DNA of 64,000 bases, taken from assembly GCA_913041945.1 (NCBI GenBank), contig CAJWIT010000003.1:18813-82812 (forward strand). The letters are read 5' to 3'. The notes under the pieces are model-generated. The model saw only the letters and a list, made by a program, of their open reading frames with translations. It searched no databases and had not been told where the DNA came from. Both the position numbers and the translations under genes were made by a program. This DNA comes from an uncultured Fidelibacterota bacterium (lineage in GTDB: Bacteria > Fidelibacterota > Marinisomatia > Marinisomatales > UBA8229). Every line of letters starts with the position of its first letter. The first letter of the stretch is position 1. Below, in pieces: positions 18,258 through 27,142 of this stretch.

Positions 18258-18998
18258 ATGAAAACACACGAGTTAAAAGAAGCGATTACACTGGAAGGAG
18301 CCCTACCCCGCCATATTGCCATTATTATGGATGGTAATGGACGATGGGCAAAAGAACGGTCATTTCCTCGGGCAGCCGGTCATAAGGAAGGGATCAATTC
18401 CGTTCGGGAAGTGACCCGTGTTTGCGGGGAAATCGGTGTGGAATATCTAACACTTTATACGTTTTCAGCTGAGAACTGGAATCGCCCTCCCAAAGAGGTT
18501 TCTGCCTTAATGACACTTTTGATGAGTACCCTTCGCGTTGAGGTAAAAAAGCTACATAAGAATAATGTTAAATTAACTACCATAGGAGCTATTGAGAAAT
18601 TATCAAAAGATGTCCGCAAAACAATTGAAGAAGGTATAAAATTGACAAAAAACAACACAGGGCTAAATTTAATTCTGGCTTTAAGTTATGGAAGCCGTCA
18701 AGAAATCCTTAATGCTGTAAAGGAAATTGCACATGAAGTACATAAGGGTGAGATTCTACCGGAAAGCATTACTATGGACACAGTAATGTCACACTATTAT
18801 ACTGCCGGGGTTCCCGATCCGGATCTTTTGATTCGTACTGGTGGAGAATTCAGGCTCAGTAACTTCCTATTATGGCAGATCGCTTATTCGGAGATATATG
18901 TTTATCCATCCTATTGGCCTAGTTTTCGTGAGAAAGAGTTGCTTGAAACTGTGCATAAGTTTCAGTTACGTGAACGGCGGTTTGGGAACGTTGGCTAA
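18258..18998 (+). CDS. uppS: Undecaprenyl diphosphate synthase (cis-prenyltransferase)
   Basis: Motifs seen are HIAIIMDGNGRWA, TLYTFSAENWNRP, IRTGGEFRLSNFLLWQ and ERRFG. Confidence 0.95.
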   Translation: MKTHELKEAITLEGALPRHIAIIMDGNGRWAKERSFPRAAGHKEGINSVREVTRVCGEIGVEYLTLYTFSAENWNRPPKEVSALMTLLMSTLRVEVKKLHKNNVKLTTIGAIEKLSKDVRKTIEEGIKLTKNNTGLNLILALSYGSRQEILNAVKEIAHEVHKGEILPESITMDTVMSHYYTAGVPDPDLLIRTGGEFRLSNFLLWQIAYSEIYVYPSYWPSFREKELLETVHKFQLRERRFGNVG

Positions 18999-19021
18999 TA
19001 ATTATCGAGTAATTCATAAAA

Positions 19022-21427
19022 ATGATTAATAAATTGTTATTTTCTCTTTTCTTAGCAATGACTATATCCTTTGCACAAAGTCCACAGGAAATAAAACTGT
19101 TAAGTGTAGAAGTTGATGGAAACGAACTTGCGACTGATGATATGATTCGTTATACCGCAGGTTTAAGAGTAGGAAGAATAATAAAATCGGGCGATTTTGC
19201 CCGGAGTGTAAAGAGGCTCTGGAACTTGGGGATGTTTAAAAATGTGCAGATTATACTGAATGATGAAACTTCGGAGGGAATCTCGATCACTATTCTGGTT
19301 GAAGAAAACCCCATAGTGGGAGCAATCCGATATGAGGGGAATAAGAAAATCAAAGACAGTAAATTTGAAGAGGAAATCAAATTAATAGCAGGTCAACGAA
19401 TTAAACCACATTTAATAAAAGAAACTATTCAGAAAATCAAGGATTTATACTCAGATGAAGGTTTTCTCTTGGCAGAAATAAATGGGGAGATTGTAGAAAC
19501 CACAGCGGACAACATAAAAAACAAGAAGGCAAAAGATCTTACAAAGGATATAGTTTTTTATATCACAGAAAATAAGAAGGTTAAAATAGGTAAAATTATT
19601 TTTGGAGGAAATCACGCTTTTTCCGATCGCCGCCTCCGAAGAGTACTGAAAGAAACGAAACAACAAAGATGGTATTTGTTTTGGAGATCTTATTTTGATA
19701 AAAACAAGTATAGTGAAGACAAGGAAAGTCTTGTTGCGTTTTATCGAAATAAGGGATACCGCGATCTGGTTATTTCATCCGATTCAATCAGTTACAACAA
19801 AAATAAACGTAGAATGAATCTCCATCTAAATATTTTTGAAGGTCCGCGTTATAAATATGGTCAATTTTCTCTAGAGGGGAATGTCTTGTATTCTGATGAT
19901 GAACTCAAACGTCGGCTGGGTTTGTCTGTTGGTAATTATTTTAATGAAGAAGAGTTTAACAGTGCGGTGTACGAAAGAATGCAGGGACTGTATATGGATC
20001 GGGGATATATTTACAGCCAAATTGAGACTCAGATGACACCAGCCGGAGAAGATTCTCTGGATATTCATTTTGTGATTATTGAAAATAAAAAAGTGTATGT
20101 ACGCAATATTTTGATTTCTGGGAATACAAAAACACGAGAAAATGTGGTACGAAGGGAATTAAAAATTTTTCCAGGCGATATTTTTAACAGGAATAAGCTC
20201 ATACGTAGTCAACGAGAAGTGTGGATTCTTAATTATTTTTCCAATGTGATTCCCGATGTAATTCCAGTAGATGAGGACGAGGTTGATTTAGATATCTCAG
20301 TTGAGGAAAAATCTGCTGATCGGGCACAAGCAAATATTGGTTTTACAGGTGAATATGGAATAACAGGAGGAGGAGGAGTTGAATTTAATAATTTCAGAGG
20401 ACTCGGACAGCGACTTAACCTCAGTTTTAATACAGGCACCAATTATTCCATAACTCAAACCCCTTCAAAATATCGTTCTGTCAGCCTAAGCTTCACAGAT
20501 CCAATGGTTATGGACACACCAAATCTTATTGGATTTTCTGTGTTTTATACCTTTCGGGGGGCTGCGACAAACTATTCATTCCCACTGGATTTTTCAATGT
20601 TTGGGGGGAGCCTTAGTTGGGGACGACGCTTCAGGTGGCCTGATGATTTTTTCAGGGGACATTGGGTGCTAAGAGGGGTACAAAAAGAGTATAGTACGGA
20701 GAGCACGACCCCCGAAGAAGATCTTGGTCCTTATAAAGATCTTTCGGGGAAGATATCTCAGGGATTTAACATAACACAGGTAATTACAAGAGATAGTCGA
20801 GACAGACCAGAATTTACGACGTCAGGTTCCAGATTTTCACTGGAAACTACGATATCAGGTGGGCCCTTAGGTGGAAATGAAGACTTTCATAAACATGTGT
20901 TGAATTTGGAATGGTTTACCCCTACATTCTGGAAATTTGTTTTGATGAGTTCTATTAAATTGGGTGCTATTAAGCCATTGCAATCAAGTAATGAAGAATT
21001 ATCTATTGTCCCGTTTGATGAAAAATTTATTATGGGGGGCAATGGAATACCCTATGGAAATATGCTCCGCGGGTATCCCGATAATTCTATTGGTCCACTG
21101 ACAACAAGCGGTCGTCCTGTTGGAGGAAGTGGAATGATAAAGTTTACGTCAGAATTTCGCATTCCATTTTCTGAAAATCCTGTTGTATATGGCTTGGTAT
21201 TTGGTGAGATGGGCAATGTGTGGGACACACTAGATATGACCGAACCATTTGGACTTACCAGAACAGGGCCGCTATCGTTAAAACGTAGTGCAGGTGTTGG
21301 TTTTCGTTTCTTTATGCCAATGCTTGGTATGCTTGGATTTGATATGGGATATGGATTTGATGATATAACAGGGATAGGTGAGCCTCAAGGCTGGACTTAT
21401 ACAATAACTTTTGGTCAACCCTTTTAA
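19022..21427 (+). CDS. bamA: Outer membrane protein assembly factor BamA
   Basis: The 801-aa protein has a signal peptide and repeated POTRA-like units. It ends in an Omp85 barrel with the terminal sequence ITFGQPF. It lies in uppS-bamA-skp-lpxD synteny. Confidence 0.92.
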   Translation: MINKLLFSLFLAMTISFAQSPQEIKLLSVEVDGNELATDDMIRYTAGLRVGRIIKSGDFARSVKRLWNLGMFKNVQIILNDETSEGISITILVEENPIVGAIRYEGNKKIKDSKFEEEIKLIAGQRIKPHLIKETIQKIKDLYSDEGFLLAEINGEIVETTADNIKNKKAKDLTKDIVFYITENKKVKIGKIIFGGNHAFSDRRLRRVLKETKQQRWYLFWRSYFDKNKYSEDKESLVAFYRNKGYRDLVISSDSISYNKNKRRMNLHLNIFEGPRYKYGQFSLEGNVLYSDDELKRRLGLSVGNYFNEEEFNSAVYERMQGLYMDRGYIYSQIETQMTPAGEDSLDIHFVIIENKKVYVRNILISGNTKTRENVVRRELKIFPGDIFNRNKLIRSQREVWILNYFSNVIPDVIPVDEDEVDLDISVEEKSADRAQANIGFTGEYGITGGGGVEFNNFRGLGQRLNLSFNTGTNYSITQTPSKYRSVSLSFTDPMVMDTPNLIGFSVFYTFRGAATNYSFPLDFSMFGGSLSWGRRFRWPDDFFRGHWVLRGVQKEYSTESTTPEEDLGPYKDLSGKISQGFNITQVITRDSRDRPEFTTSGSRFSLETTISGGPLGGNEDFHKHVLNLEWFTPTFWKFVLMSSIKLGAIKPLQSSNEELSIVPFDEKFIMGGNGIPYGNMLRGYPDNSIGPLTTSGRPVGGSGMIKFTSEFRIPFSENPVVYGLVFGEMGNVWDTLDMTEPFGLTRTGPLSLKRSAGVGFRFFMPMLGMLGFDMGYGFDDITGIGEPQGWTYTITFGQPF

Positions 21428-21432
21428 CTTTA

Positions 21433-21439
21433 AAGGAGG
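21433..21439 (+). promoter_or_regulatory. Shine-Dalgarno sequence (AAGGAGG) for skp
   Basis: A strong SD lies 4 nt upstream of the in-frame GTG at 21444. The ATG at 21442 is out of frame and terminates after 5 codons. Confidence 0.6.
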
Positions 21440-21443
21440 TAAT

Positions 21444-21959
21444 GTGTTTAAAAAATTAAACCCATCAATAGTGTTAACGGCTTTAATTCTTCTACCGGTT
21501 TTTGTTAAGGGAGAAGTAAAAGTTGGTTTTGTTCAATCTGACCGTATTCGGACGGAATATGAGGATTTCAAAGAAGCTGAGTCTCAATTACAACTTGAAT
21601 TTCAGAAAGTACAATTTGAGTATCAGGAAATGCTATCGCAGTTAGACAGTTTAAAAGAAACCTATGAAACTCAACGATTGATGAGCTCGCCGGAGTGGCG
21701 AAGGGAAAAAGAGCAGGAAATCTCAGAATCTGAAAGCAGGATTCAGACCTTCCAAGCAATAAAAGTTGGGCCTGAAGGTGAATTATACAAACGCCAAACT
21801 CAAATGGAATATGAGTTGTTATCAAAGGTAAAAAAAGCAGTTGATAATGTTGCCATATCAAAGGGTTTTGATTTCATATTTGATGGATCTGTTTCCCTTC
21901 TTTATGGGAAACCTACTTTTGATGTCACTGATGATGTTTTGCATGAATTAAGGAAATAG
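21444..21959 (+). CDS. skp: OmpH/Skp-family periplasmic chaperone
   Basis: A signal peptide (FKKLNPSIVLTALILLPVF) is followed by a coiled-coil Glu/Gln/Lys-rich body and a C-terminal GFDFIFD motif. It sits between bamA and lpxD. The start is ambiguous between GTG 21444, which has an SD, and TTG 21411. Confidence 0.85.
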   Translation: MFKKLNPSIVLTALILLPVFVKGEVKVGFVQSDRIRTEYEDFKEAESQLQLEFQKVQFEYQEMLSQLDSLKETYETQRLMSSPEWRREKEQEISESESRIQTFQAIKVGPEGELYKRQTQMEYELLSKVKKAVDNVAISKGFDFIFDGSVSLLYGKPTFDVTDDVLHELRK

Positions 21960-22032
21960 TCTAATAAAGTGACAGGGAAAAGACAGTGGACGTTGGTGAG
22001 TAAATTAATAACCTTTTTATTCATTAGTAACA

Positions 22033-23040
22033 TTGCCTGCCTTGGGTGAACTGGCTGATTTGGTTTCTGGAACGATTTCTGGAAATTCGGATATAAAGAT
22101 TGATGGTGTTTCTGAGATTCAAAACGGAAAATCAGGAACCATCACTTTTTTTGATAATCCAAGATACAGGAAATATATTTCAGAAACAAAAGCATCTGCT
22201 ATAGTGGTTTCAAACGAAGCCTTTTTAAATGGGAAAAACGGAATCGTTGTTAATAACCCTCAACTCGCCATCGCAAAGATTTTATCTTTTTTTCAGGAGA
22301 AACCGGATAATTTAACAGGGGTTCATCCTACTGCCATTATTCATAAATCAGCAGAGATAGGCAAGGAAGTTACCATAGGTGCCTTTGCAGTGATAGATTC
22401 GAAGGTAAAAATTGGAGATAGATGTATTATAGGGCACCACGTTGCGATTGGAAGCAAAGCACAAATTGGTGAAGATGGCCTACTATATCCTCATGTAATC
22501 ATTTATCAGGATTGTGTTGTTGGCTGTAACGTGATTATACATAGCGGTACTGTAATTGGCAGTGATGGTTTTGGTTTTGTAACAGAAAAAGATGTTCATT
22601 ATAAAATACCCCAGAATGGTTGTGTTATCATTGGTCAGGATGTAGAAATTGGAGCAAATTGTGCTATTGACAGGGGCACCATAGGGGAAACAAAAATAGG
22701 GAATAATACGAAAATGGACAATCTTGTTCATATTGCCCATAACGTAAAAATTGGGAAAGGATGTCTTATCACTGCAGGTGTGGGAATTGCCGGAAGTGTC
22801 GAAGTCGGTGATTACTGTATTTTTGCTGGCCACTCTTCGGTTGCACCCCATTTGAAACTAGGTTCACGAACAGTTCTTGCCGCAAACGCAGGTGCGACGA
22901 AATCTCTCGCCGGAGGAAAGGTTTATGCAGGAATGCCTGCGAGGGAAATAAAAGAACAGAACAAGCGGGATGCCGTTTTAACAGAAATAAATATTTTAAA
23001 AAAACGTATAGAAAAATTAGGAGAAAAAGAACCAAATTGA
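22033..23040 (+). CDS. lpxD: UDP-3-O-acylglucosamine N-acyltransferase
   Basis: The N-terminal LpxD domain (LGELADLVSGTISGNSDIKIDGV...TFFDNPRY) is followed by a long left-handed beta-helix of hexapeptide repeats and a C-terminal helix. It has a TTG start. Confidence 0.92.
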   Translation: MPALGELADLVSGTISGNSDIKIDGVSEIQNGKSGTITFFDNPRYRKYISETKASAIVVSNEAFLNGKNGIVVNNPQLAIAKILSFFQEKPDNLTGVHPTAIIHKSAEIGKEVTIGAFAVIDSKVKIGDRCIIGHHVAIGSKAQIGEDGLLYPHVIIYQDCVVGCNVIIHSGTVIGSDGFGFVTEKDVHYKIPQNGCVIIGQDVEIGANCAIDRGTIGETKIGNNTKMDNLVHIAHNVKIGKGCLITAGVGIAGSVEVGDYCIFAGHSSVAPHLKLGSRTVLAANAGATKSLAGGKVYAGMPAREIKEQNKRDAVLTEINILKKRIEKLGEKEPN

Positions 23041-23047
23041 TATCATT

Positions 23048-23992
23048 ATGAAAAGGAAGCAACAAACAATATCCCGTCCTGTCTCCTGTACTGGAATTGG
23101 ACTCCATACCGGGGTTGAATGTACAATTACCTTTAAACCTGCCCCTGAAAATTATGGGATACGTTTTATTCGGACTGATATTAAAAATTCCCCTGAGATC
23201 AAAGCAGATATTGATCATGTAGTAGATATCTCCCGCGGAACAACCATTGAGGAGAAAAAAGCAAGAATTCATACGGTTGAGCATGCCCTTGCCGCGGTGA
23301 GTGGATTACGGATTGACAATGTGTTGATAGAATTGACCAGCAAAGAACCCCCAGTGATGGACGGGAGCGCAAAAGATTTTGTGGAAGTGCTCTTGGCCAG
23401 TGGAATTGTCGGTCAAGAGAATGAGCGGAATGTCTTGGAAATTCGACGGGCCGTAAACTATACCGATCCCTACCGTGATATCGATATTCATGTTATTCCT
23501 TCCGATCGTTTCCGCGTGACCTTTATGGTAGAATATCCCCTTCCTTCTTTGGGGACTCAGTATGAAGCTATTTATAATATGGCCGAAGATTTTGCTGTAG
23601 AGGTAGCTCCGGCACGTACCTTTTGTTTTCTTAGTGAAGTAGAAATGCTCAAAGAAAATGGATTGATTAAGGGGGGGTCCCTTGACAATGCGGTTGTTTT
23701 AATTGACAAACTTCTCGATCGCTCTGAGATTAATCGTTTACGGGATCTCTTTGGTATTGAAGAAAATATTATTACGGGAGCCAATGGGATTTTGAATGGG
23801 AGAATACTTCGTTTTCGAAATGAGCCCGTTCGACACAAAACGTTAGATTTGATTGGTGATTTAGCTTTATTAGGCATCCCGATTAAGGGACATGTTACTG
23901 CAGCAAGAGCTGGTCATGCGAGTAATGTAGAATTTGTTAAAACATTAAAGCGGGAATATTCTCAAGAAATAAAAGACTTGAGTTATAATTAA
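23048..23992 (+). CDS. lpxC: UDP-3-O-acyl-N-acetylglucosamine deacetylase
   Basis: Motifs seen are GIGLHTG, the zinc and catalytic residues HTVEHALAA and HKTLDLIGDLAL, and GHASN. It is a stand-alone gene, not fused to fabZ. Confidence 0.93.
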   Translation: MKRKQQTISRPVSCTGIGLHTGVECTITFKPAPENYGIRFIRTDIKNSPEIKADIDHVVDISRGTTIEEKKARIHTVEHALAAVSGLRIDNVLIELTSKEPPVMDGSAKDFVEVLLASGIVGQENERNVLEIRRAVNYTDPYRDIDIHVIPSDRFRVTFMVEYPLPSLGTQYEAIYNMAEDFAVEVAPARTFCFLSEVEMLKENGLIKGGSLDNAVVLIDKLLDRSEINRLRDLFGIEENIITGANGILNGRILRFRNEPVRHKTLDLIGDLALLGIPIKGHVTAARAGHASNVEFVKTLKREYSQEIKDLSYN

Positions 23993-23995
23993 ATA

Positions 23996-24460
23996 ATGGG
24001 AGAATTAAAAAAGAAAACGCATTTTGAAATTCAAGATATTGTCAAAATTTTACCCCACCGTTATCCTTTTGTTTTAATTGATCGAATTGATGAAATAATC
24101 CCAGGAAAATCTTTGATAGCGATTAAAAATGTAACGGTAAATGAACCATTTTTTCAGGGTCATTTTCCATCCCAGCCTGTAATGCCAGGGGTTCTCACTC
24201 TGGAAAGCATGTCTCAGGCAGGAGCGTTTTTAGTACTTAGTTATGTAAAAGATCCATTAAAAAAAAATATGTTTTTTTCAGGTGCTGATAATGTTCGATT
24301 TCGCAAACTAATTGTTCCAGGAAATCAGCTATATATTCACATGAATCTGGTTAAACAGAAACTAAATATTTGCAAGTTTGATGGTAAATGTTACGTGGAT
24401 AATAATTTAGTCGCAGAAGCTAAATTGACTGCAAATATTGTAGACCGAGCTGGAAATTAA
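23996..24460 (+). CDS. fabZ: 3-hydroxyacyl-ACP dehydratase FabZ
   Basis: Motifs seen are LPHRYPFVLIDR and FFQGHFPSQPVMPGVL. Length is 154 aa. Confidence 0.95.
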   Translation: MGELKKKTHFEIQDIVKILPHRYPFVLIDRIDEIIPGKSLIAIKNVTVNEPFFQGHFPSQPVMPGVLTLESMSQAGAFLVLSYVKDPLKKNMFFSGADNVRFRKLIVPGNQLYIHMNLVKQKLNICKFDGKCYVDNNLVAEAKLTANIVDRAGN

Positions 24461-24462
24461 AT

Positions 24463-25236
24463 ATTTCAACGGAGATACACCCAACTGCCCTAGTTAGTAA
24501 AAAAGCTGAATTAGGGGAAAGAGTTTCCATAGGTCCTTATTCTATTATTGAAAGTGATGTAAAGGTAGGAAGTGGGACATCAGTTGGAAATTTTACCACT
24601 ATAATGCCAGGAACTACAATTGGGGAAAATTGTCAGATTTTTCATAATTGTACAATTGGTGAAATTCCTCAGGATCTTAAATATGCCGGTGAAAAGACAT
24701 GTGTACAGATTGGGGATAATGTAATAATTCGTGAATCTGTAACAATCAACAAAGGAACTGCTGCCCACGGAACTACAGAAATAGGAAGTAATGTACTTTT
24801 GATGGGTTATGTTCATGTTGCACACGATTGTATTATTGGGAATAATGTTATCTTTGCAAATCTTGTAACACTTGGTGGACATGTTGAAGTGAGTGAATGG
24901 GCTTCGATAGGAGGTGGAGTTGTAATCCATCAGTTTTGTAAAGTTGGTTCTCATGTGTTTGTTGGGGGTGGATATAGAATTGTACAGGATGTTCCTCCTT
25001 TTATTCGTGCAGCAAAAGATCCATTAGAATACTCTGGTATTAATAGTATAGGTTTACAGAGGAGGGGATTTTCTCAGAAAGAAAGAAATACCATTAAAAA
25101 TTTTTATCGGTATTACTTCCGTTCAGAACTTACCCGAACGGCAGCTTTGGAAAAAGCGGAACATGAGTTTTCAAGTGATCCTAATATTAAAAAAATTCTT
25201 GAGTTCATTTATTCCAGTGAACGAGGGATTATTTAA
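24463..25236 (+). CDS. lpxA: Acyl-ACP--UDP-GlcNAc O-acyltransferase LpxA (apparent non-canonical ATT start)
   Basis: Hexapeptide-repeat LbH motifs are present: IHPTALV...IGPYSII, QDLKYAGE, RESVTINKGT, VAHDC, HQFCKVG, DVPPF and GLQRRGFS. The first ATG at 24604 would delete about 47 conserved N-terminal residues. The frame is open from 24424 with no ATG, GTG, TTG or CTG before 24604. Starting at ATT 24463 gives a normal 257-aa LpxA. Confidence 0.85.
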   Translation: MSTEIHPTALVSKKAELGERVSIGPYSIIESDVKVGSGTSVGNFTTIMPGTTIGENCQIFHNCTIGEIPQDLKYAGEKTCVQIGDNVIIRESVTINKGTAAHGTTEIGSNVLLMGYVHVAHDCIIGNNVIFANLVTLGGHVEVSEWASIGGGVVIHQFCKVGSHVFVGGGYRIVQDVPPFIRAAKDPLEYSGINSIGLQRRGFSQKERNTIKNFYRYYFRSELTRTAALEKAEHEFSSDPNIKKILEFIYSSERGII

Positions 25237-25260
25237 TATAACTGAGAAGACACTTGATTG

Positions 25261-25959
25261 ATGAACCGGTTTATTTTTTTTATTTTTTGGTTTAGTTTTT
25301 CTCACGCTCAGTGGATTTCCCTTAATCTTGATTCAGCCAATGAAACAGATCAAGTCAAAACATTTCTAACTGGTGTTTCACTTGGTTTTGGTCATCATAC
25401 CAGGGCGATTCAAGGAGAACAACAACGGTTGGTTGCAGGAGTGTCATTTATTTATGCTAAGAACCTGAGCAAATCGGCGTTTACTGATAATCATCTTGGT
25501 GGAATACCAATTCTTTACGGGAGAATCCTAATATCAAATAACTTATTTTTTCAAGGGAAACTTAGCGGATTTACTTCAGGAGGTGATATTAGCCAACAAA
25601 TCGGGTGGGGATTTATCTTAAATCTTTCGGATATTAATAATCACTCAGCGTGGAAATTATCAACCAATTTTGCTCATGTTAAGAGCCCGGGGAATTTAAA
25701 CCTTCGTGGCCTGGATGTCTTTCTTTCCAAAGAATGGGAAATCGGAAATATTTGGTGGTATTTAGGATTAGGAAAGAATTACTACAAAACCCGTATTTAT
25801 TCAAATAATGATAGCATTCCTTCGGTATTAGAGAGAGAAAATAATTATATTCAAATTGGGACTCAGCTTCGGTCAGCATCTTTTATTTTTGTTCCACAAC
25901 TTAAATTTCATCCGGAAATTGTTCAGATATCCGTTGATGTTATAAGGGGTTTTCATTAA
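25261..25959 (+). CDS. Hypothetical exported protein (possible small outer-membrane barrel)
   Basis: A signal-like N-terminus (FIFFIFWFSFSHAQW) is followed by sequence with beta-strand-like alternation. I recognise no motif. It lies between lpxA and dxr and abuts the dxr start. Confidence 0.45.
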   Translation: MNRFIFFIFWFSFSHAQWISLNLDSANETDQVKTFLTGVSLGFGHHTRAIQGEQQRLVAGVSFIYAKNLSKSAFTDNHLGGIPILYGRILISNNLFFQGKLSGFTSGGDISQQIGWGFILNLSDINNHSAWKLSTNFAHVKSPGNLNLRGLDVFLSKEWEIGNIWWYLGLGKNYYKTRIYSNNDSIPSVLERENNYIQIGTQLRSASFIFVPQLKFHPEIVQISVDVIRGFH

Positions 25960-27119
25960 TGGCAAAGCGAATTTCGATATTGGGATCAACAGGCTCGATC
26001 GGGAGAAACACACTCAATGTAATTGATAGTTTGCAGGGGGCAATAGAAGTGATATACATTACAGCAAGAAAGAATGTAGACTTACTTGTTCAGCAGGCAT
26101 TGAAGTATAGACCTTCTGCTGTTGGGATTATTGATAAAGAAGCAGCAAAAATTGTTGAAAACAGGTTAGCTGGGGAACAAATAAGCGTTTTAGCTGGTAG
26201 ATCAGGATTGTTAGATATAGCTGCAAGGGATGATGTTGATATAATGTTTAACGGCCTGGTAGGTTCTTCAGGAATGGAACCAACTTTATCAGCTTTGCAC
26301 GCAGGAGTAGATGTTGCGCTTAGCAATAAAGAAAGTTTAGTGATGGCAGGTGATTTGATCAACACGGAAAAGTTAAAAACAGGCACAACTTTATTCCCCG
26401 TAGACAGCGAACATTCAGCTATATGGCAGTGTTTGGTGGGTGAAAAATTAGATGATGTTCGTAGAATAATTCTAACGGGCAGTGGCGGACCATTTCGTGC
26501 AAGAGATGTGAACACGTTCTCTGATGTAACTGTGGAAGAAGCTTTAAATCACCCAAACTGGGACATGGGGAATAAAATTACAATAGACTCCGCCACAATG
26601 ATGAATAAGGGACTGGAAGTTATTGAAGCTCATTGGCTTTTCGGCTTGGAACCGAACCTGATTGATATTGTGGTTCACCCTCAATCCATTATTCATTCCA
26701 TGGTTGAGTTTGTGGATGGCTCGGTAAAGGCCCAATTGGGAGTGCCAGACATGAAAATTCCTATCCAATATGCCCTCACTTATCCGGATCACTATCCGGC
26801 TGATTGGGAAGCGCTGGATTTGCCTGCCGTTGGGGAATTAACCTTTGAGAAACCGAATCTGGAAAAGTTTCCCTGTATCCGGTTGGCTTATAGTGCACTG
26901 GAAAAAGGTGGGACTTGTCCGGTAGTGTTAAATGTGGCTAATGATGAGGTGGTTGCTGCTTTTCTGAATGACCATATCCCGTTTACTCAGATACCCCAAC
27001 TTATTGAGGAAGCCCTAGATCAGCATGAATGGCTTGAGAATCCTGACCTAGATACAATTTCTGCAATAAGTCAATGGACAACCAATTACATACATGATCA
27101 GATTGCAGCCATTTCGTAA
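25959..27119 (+). CDS. dxr: 1-deoxy-D-xylulose-5-phosphate reductoisomerase
   Basis: Motifs seen are ILGSTGSIG, LSNKESLV, VDSEHSAIWQC, NHPNWDMG and NKGLEVIEA. Confidence 0.95.
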   Translation: MAKRISILGSTGSIGRNTLNVIDSLQGAIEVIYITARKNVDLLVQQALKYRPSAVGIIDKEAAKIVENRLAGEQISVLAGRSGLLDIAARDDVDIMFNGLVGSSGMEPTLSALHAGVDVALSNKESLVMAGDLINTEKLKTGTTLFPVDSEHSAIWQCLVGEKLDDVRRIILTGSGGPFRARDVNTFSDVTVEEALNHPNWDMGNKITIDSATMMNKGLEVIEAHWLFGLEPNLIDIVVHPQSIIHSMVEFVDGSVKAQLGVPDMKIPIQYALTYPDHYPADWEALDLPAVGELTFEKPNLEKFPCIRLAYSALEKGGTCPVVLNVANDEVVAAFLNDHIPFTQIPQLIEEALDQHEWLENPDLDTISAISQWTTNYIHDQIAAIS

Positions 27120-27142
27120 TTCTTTATAGATTTGTTAATTAG

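Noticed and set aside
22769-23284. A 171-aa minus-strand ORF spanning the lpxD/lpxC junction.
   Set aside because: It is antisense to two strongly supported genes and has an odd composition. It is a typical shadow ORF of a coding region.
24424-24462. A FabZ-LpxA fusion produced by frameshift or readthrough, as an explanation for the missing lpxA start.
   Set aside because: fabZ is full length at 154 aa and ends in a clean TAA. The lpxA frame upstream of 24463 encodes non-conserved residues and is closed by a TAA at 24421. No slippery heptamer is visible. A non-canonical ATT start or a base-call error is the simpler explanation, though this remains unproven.
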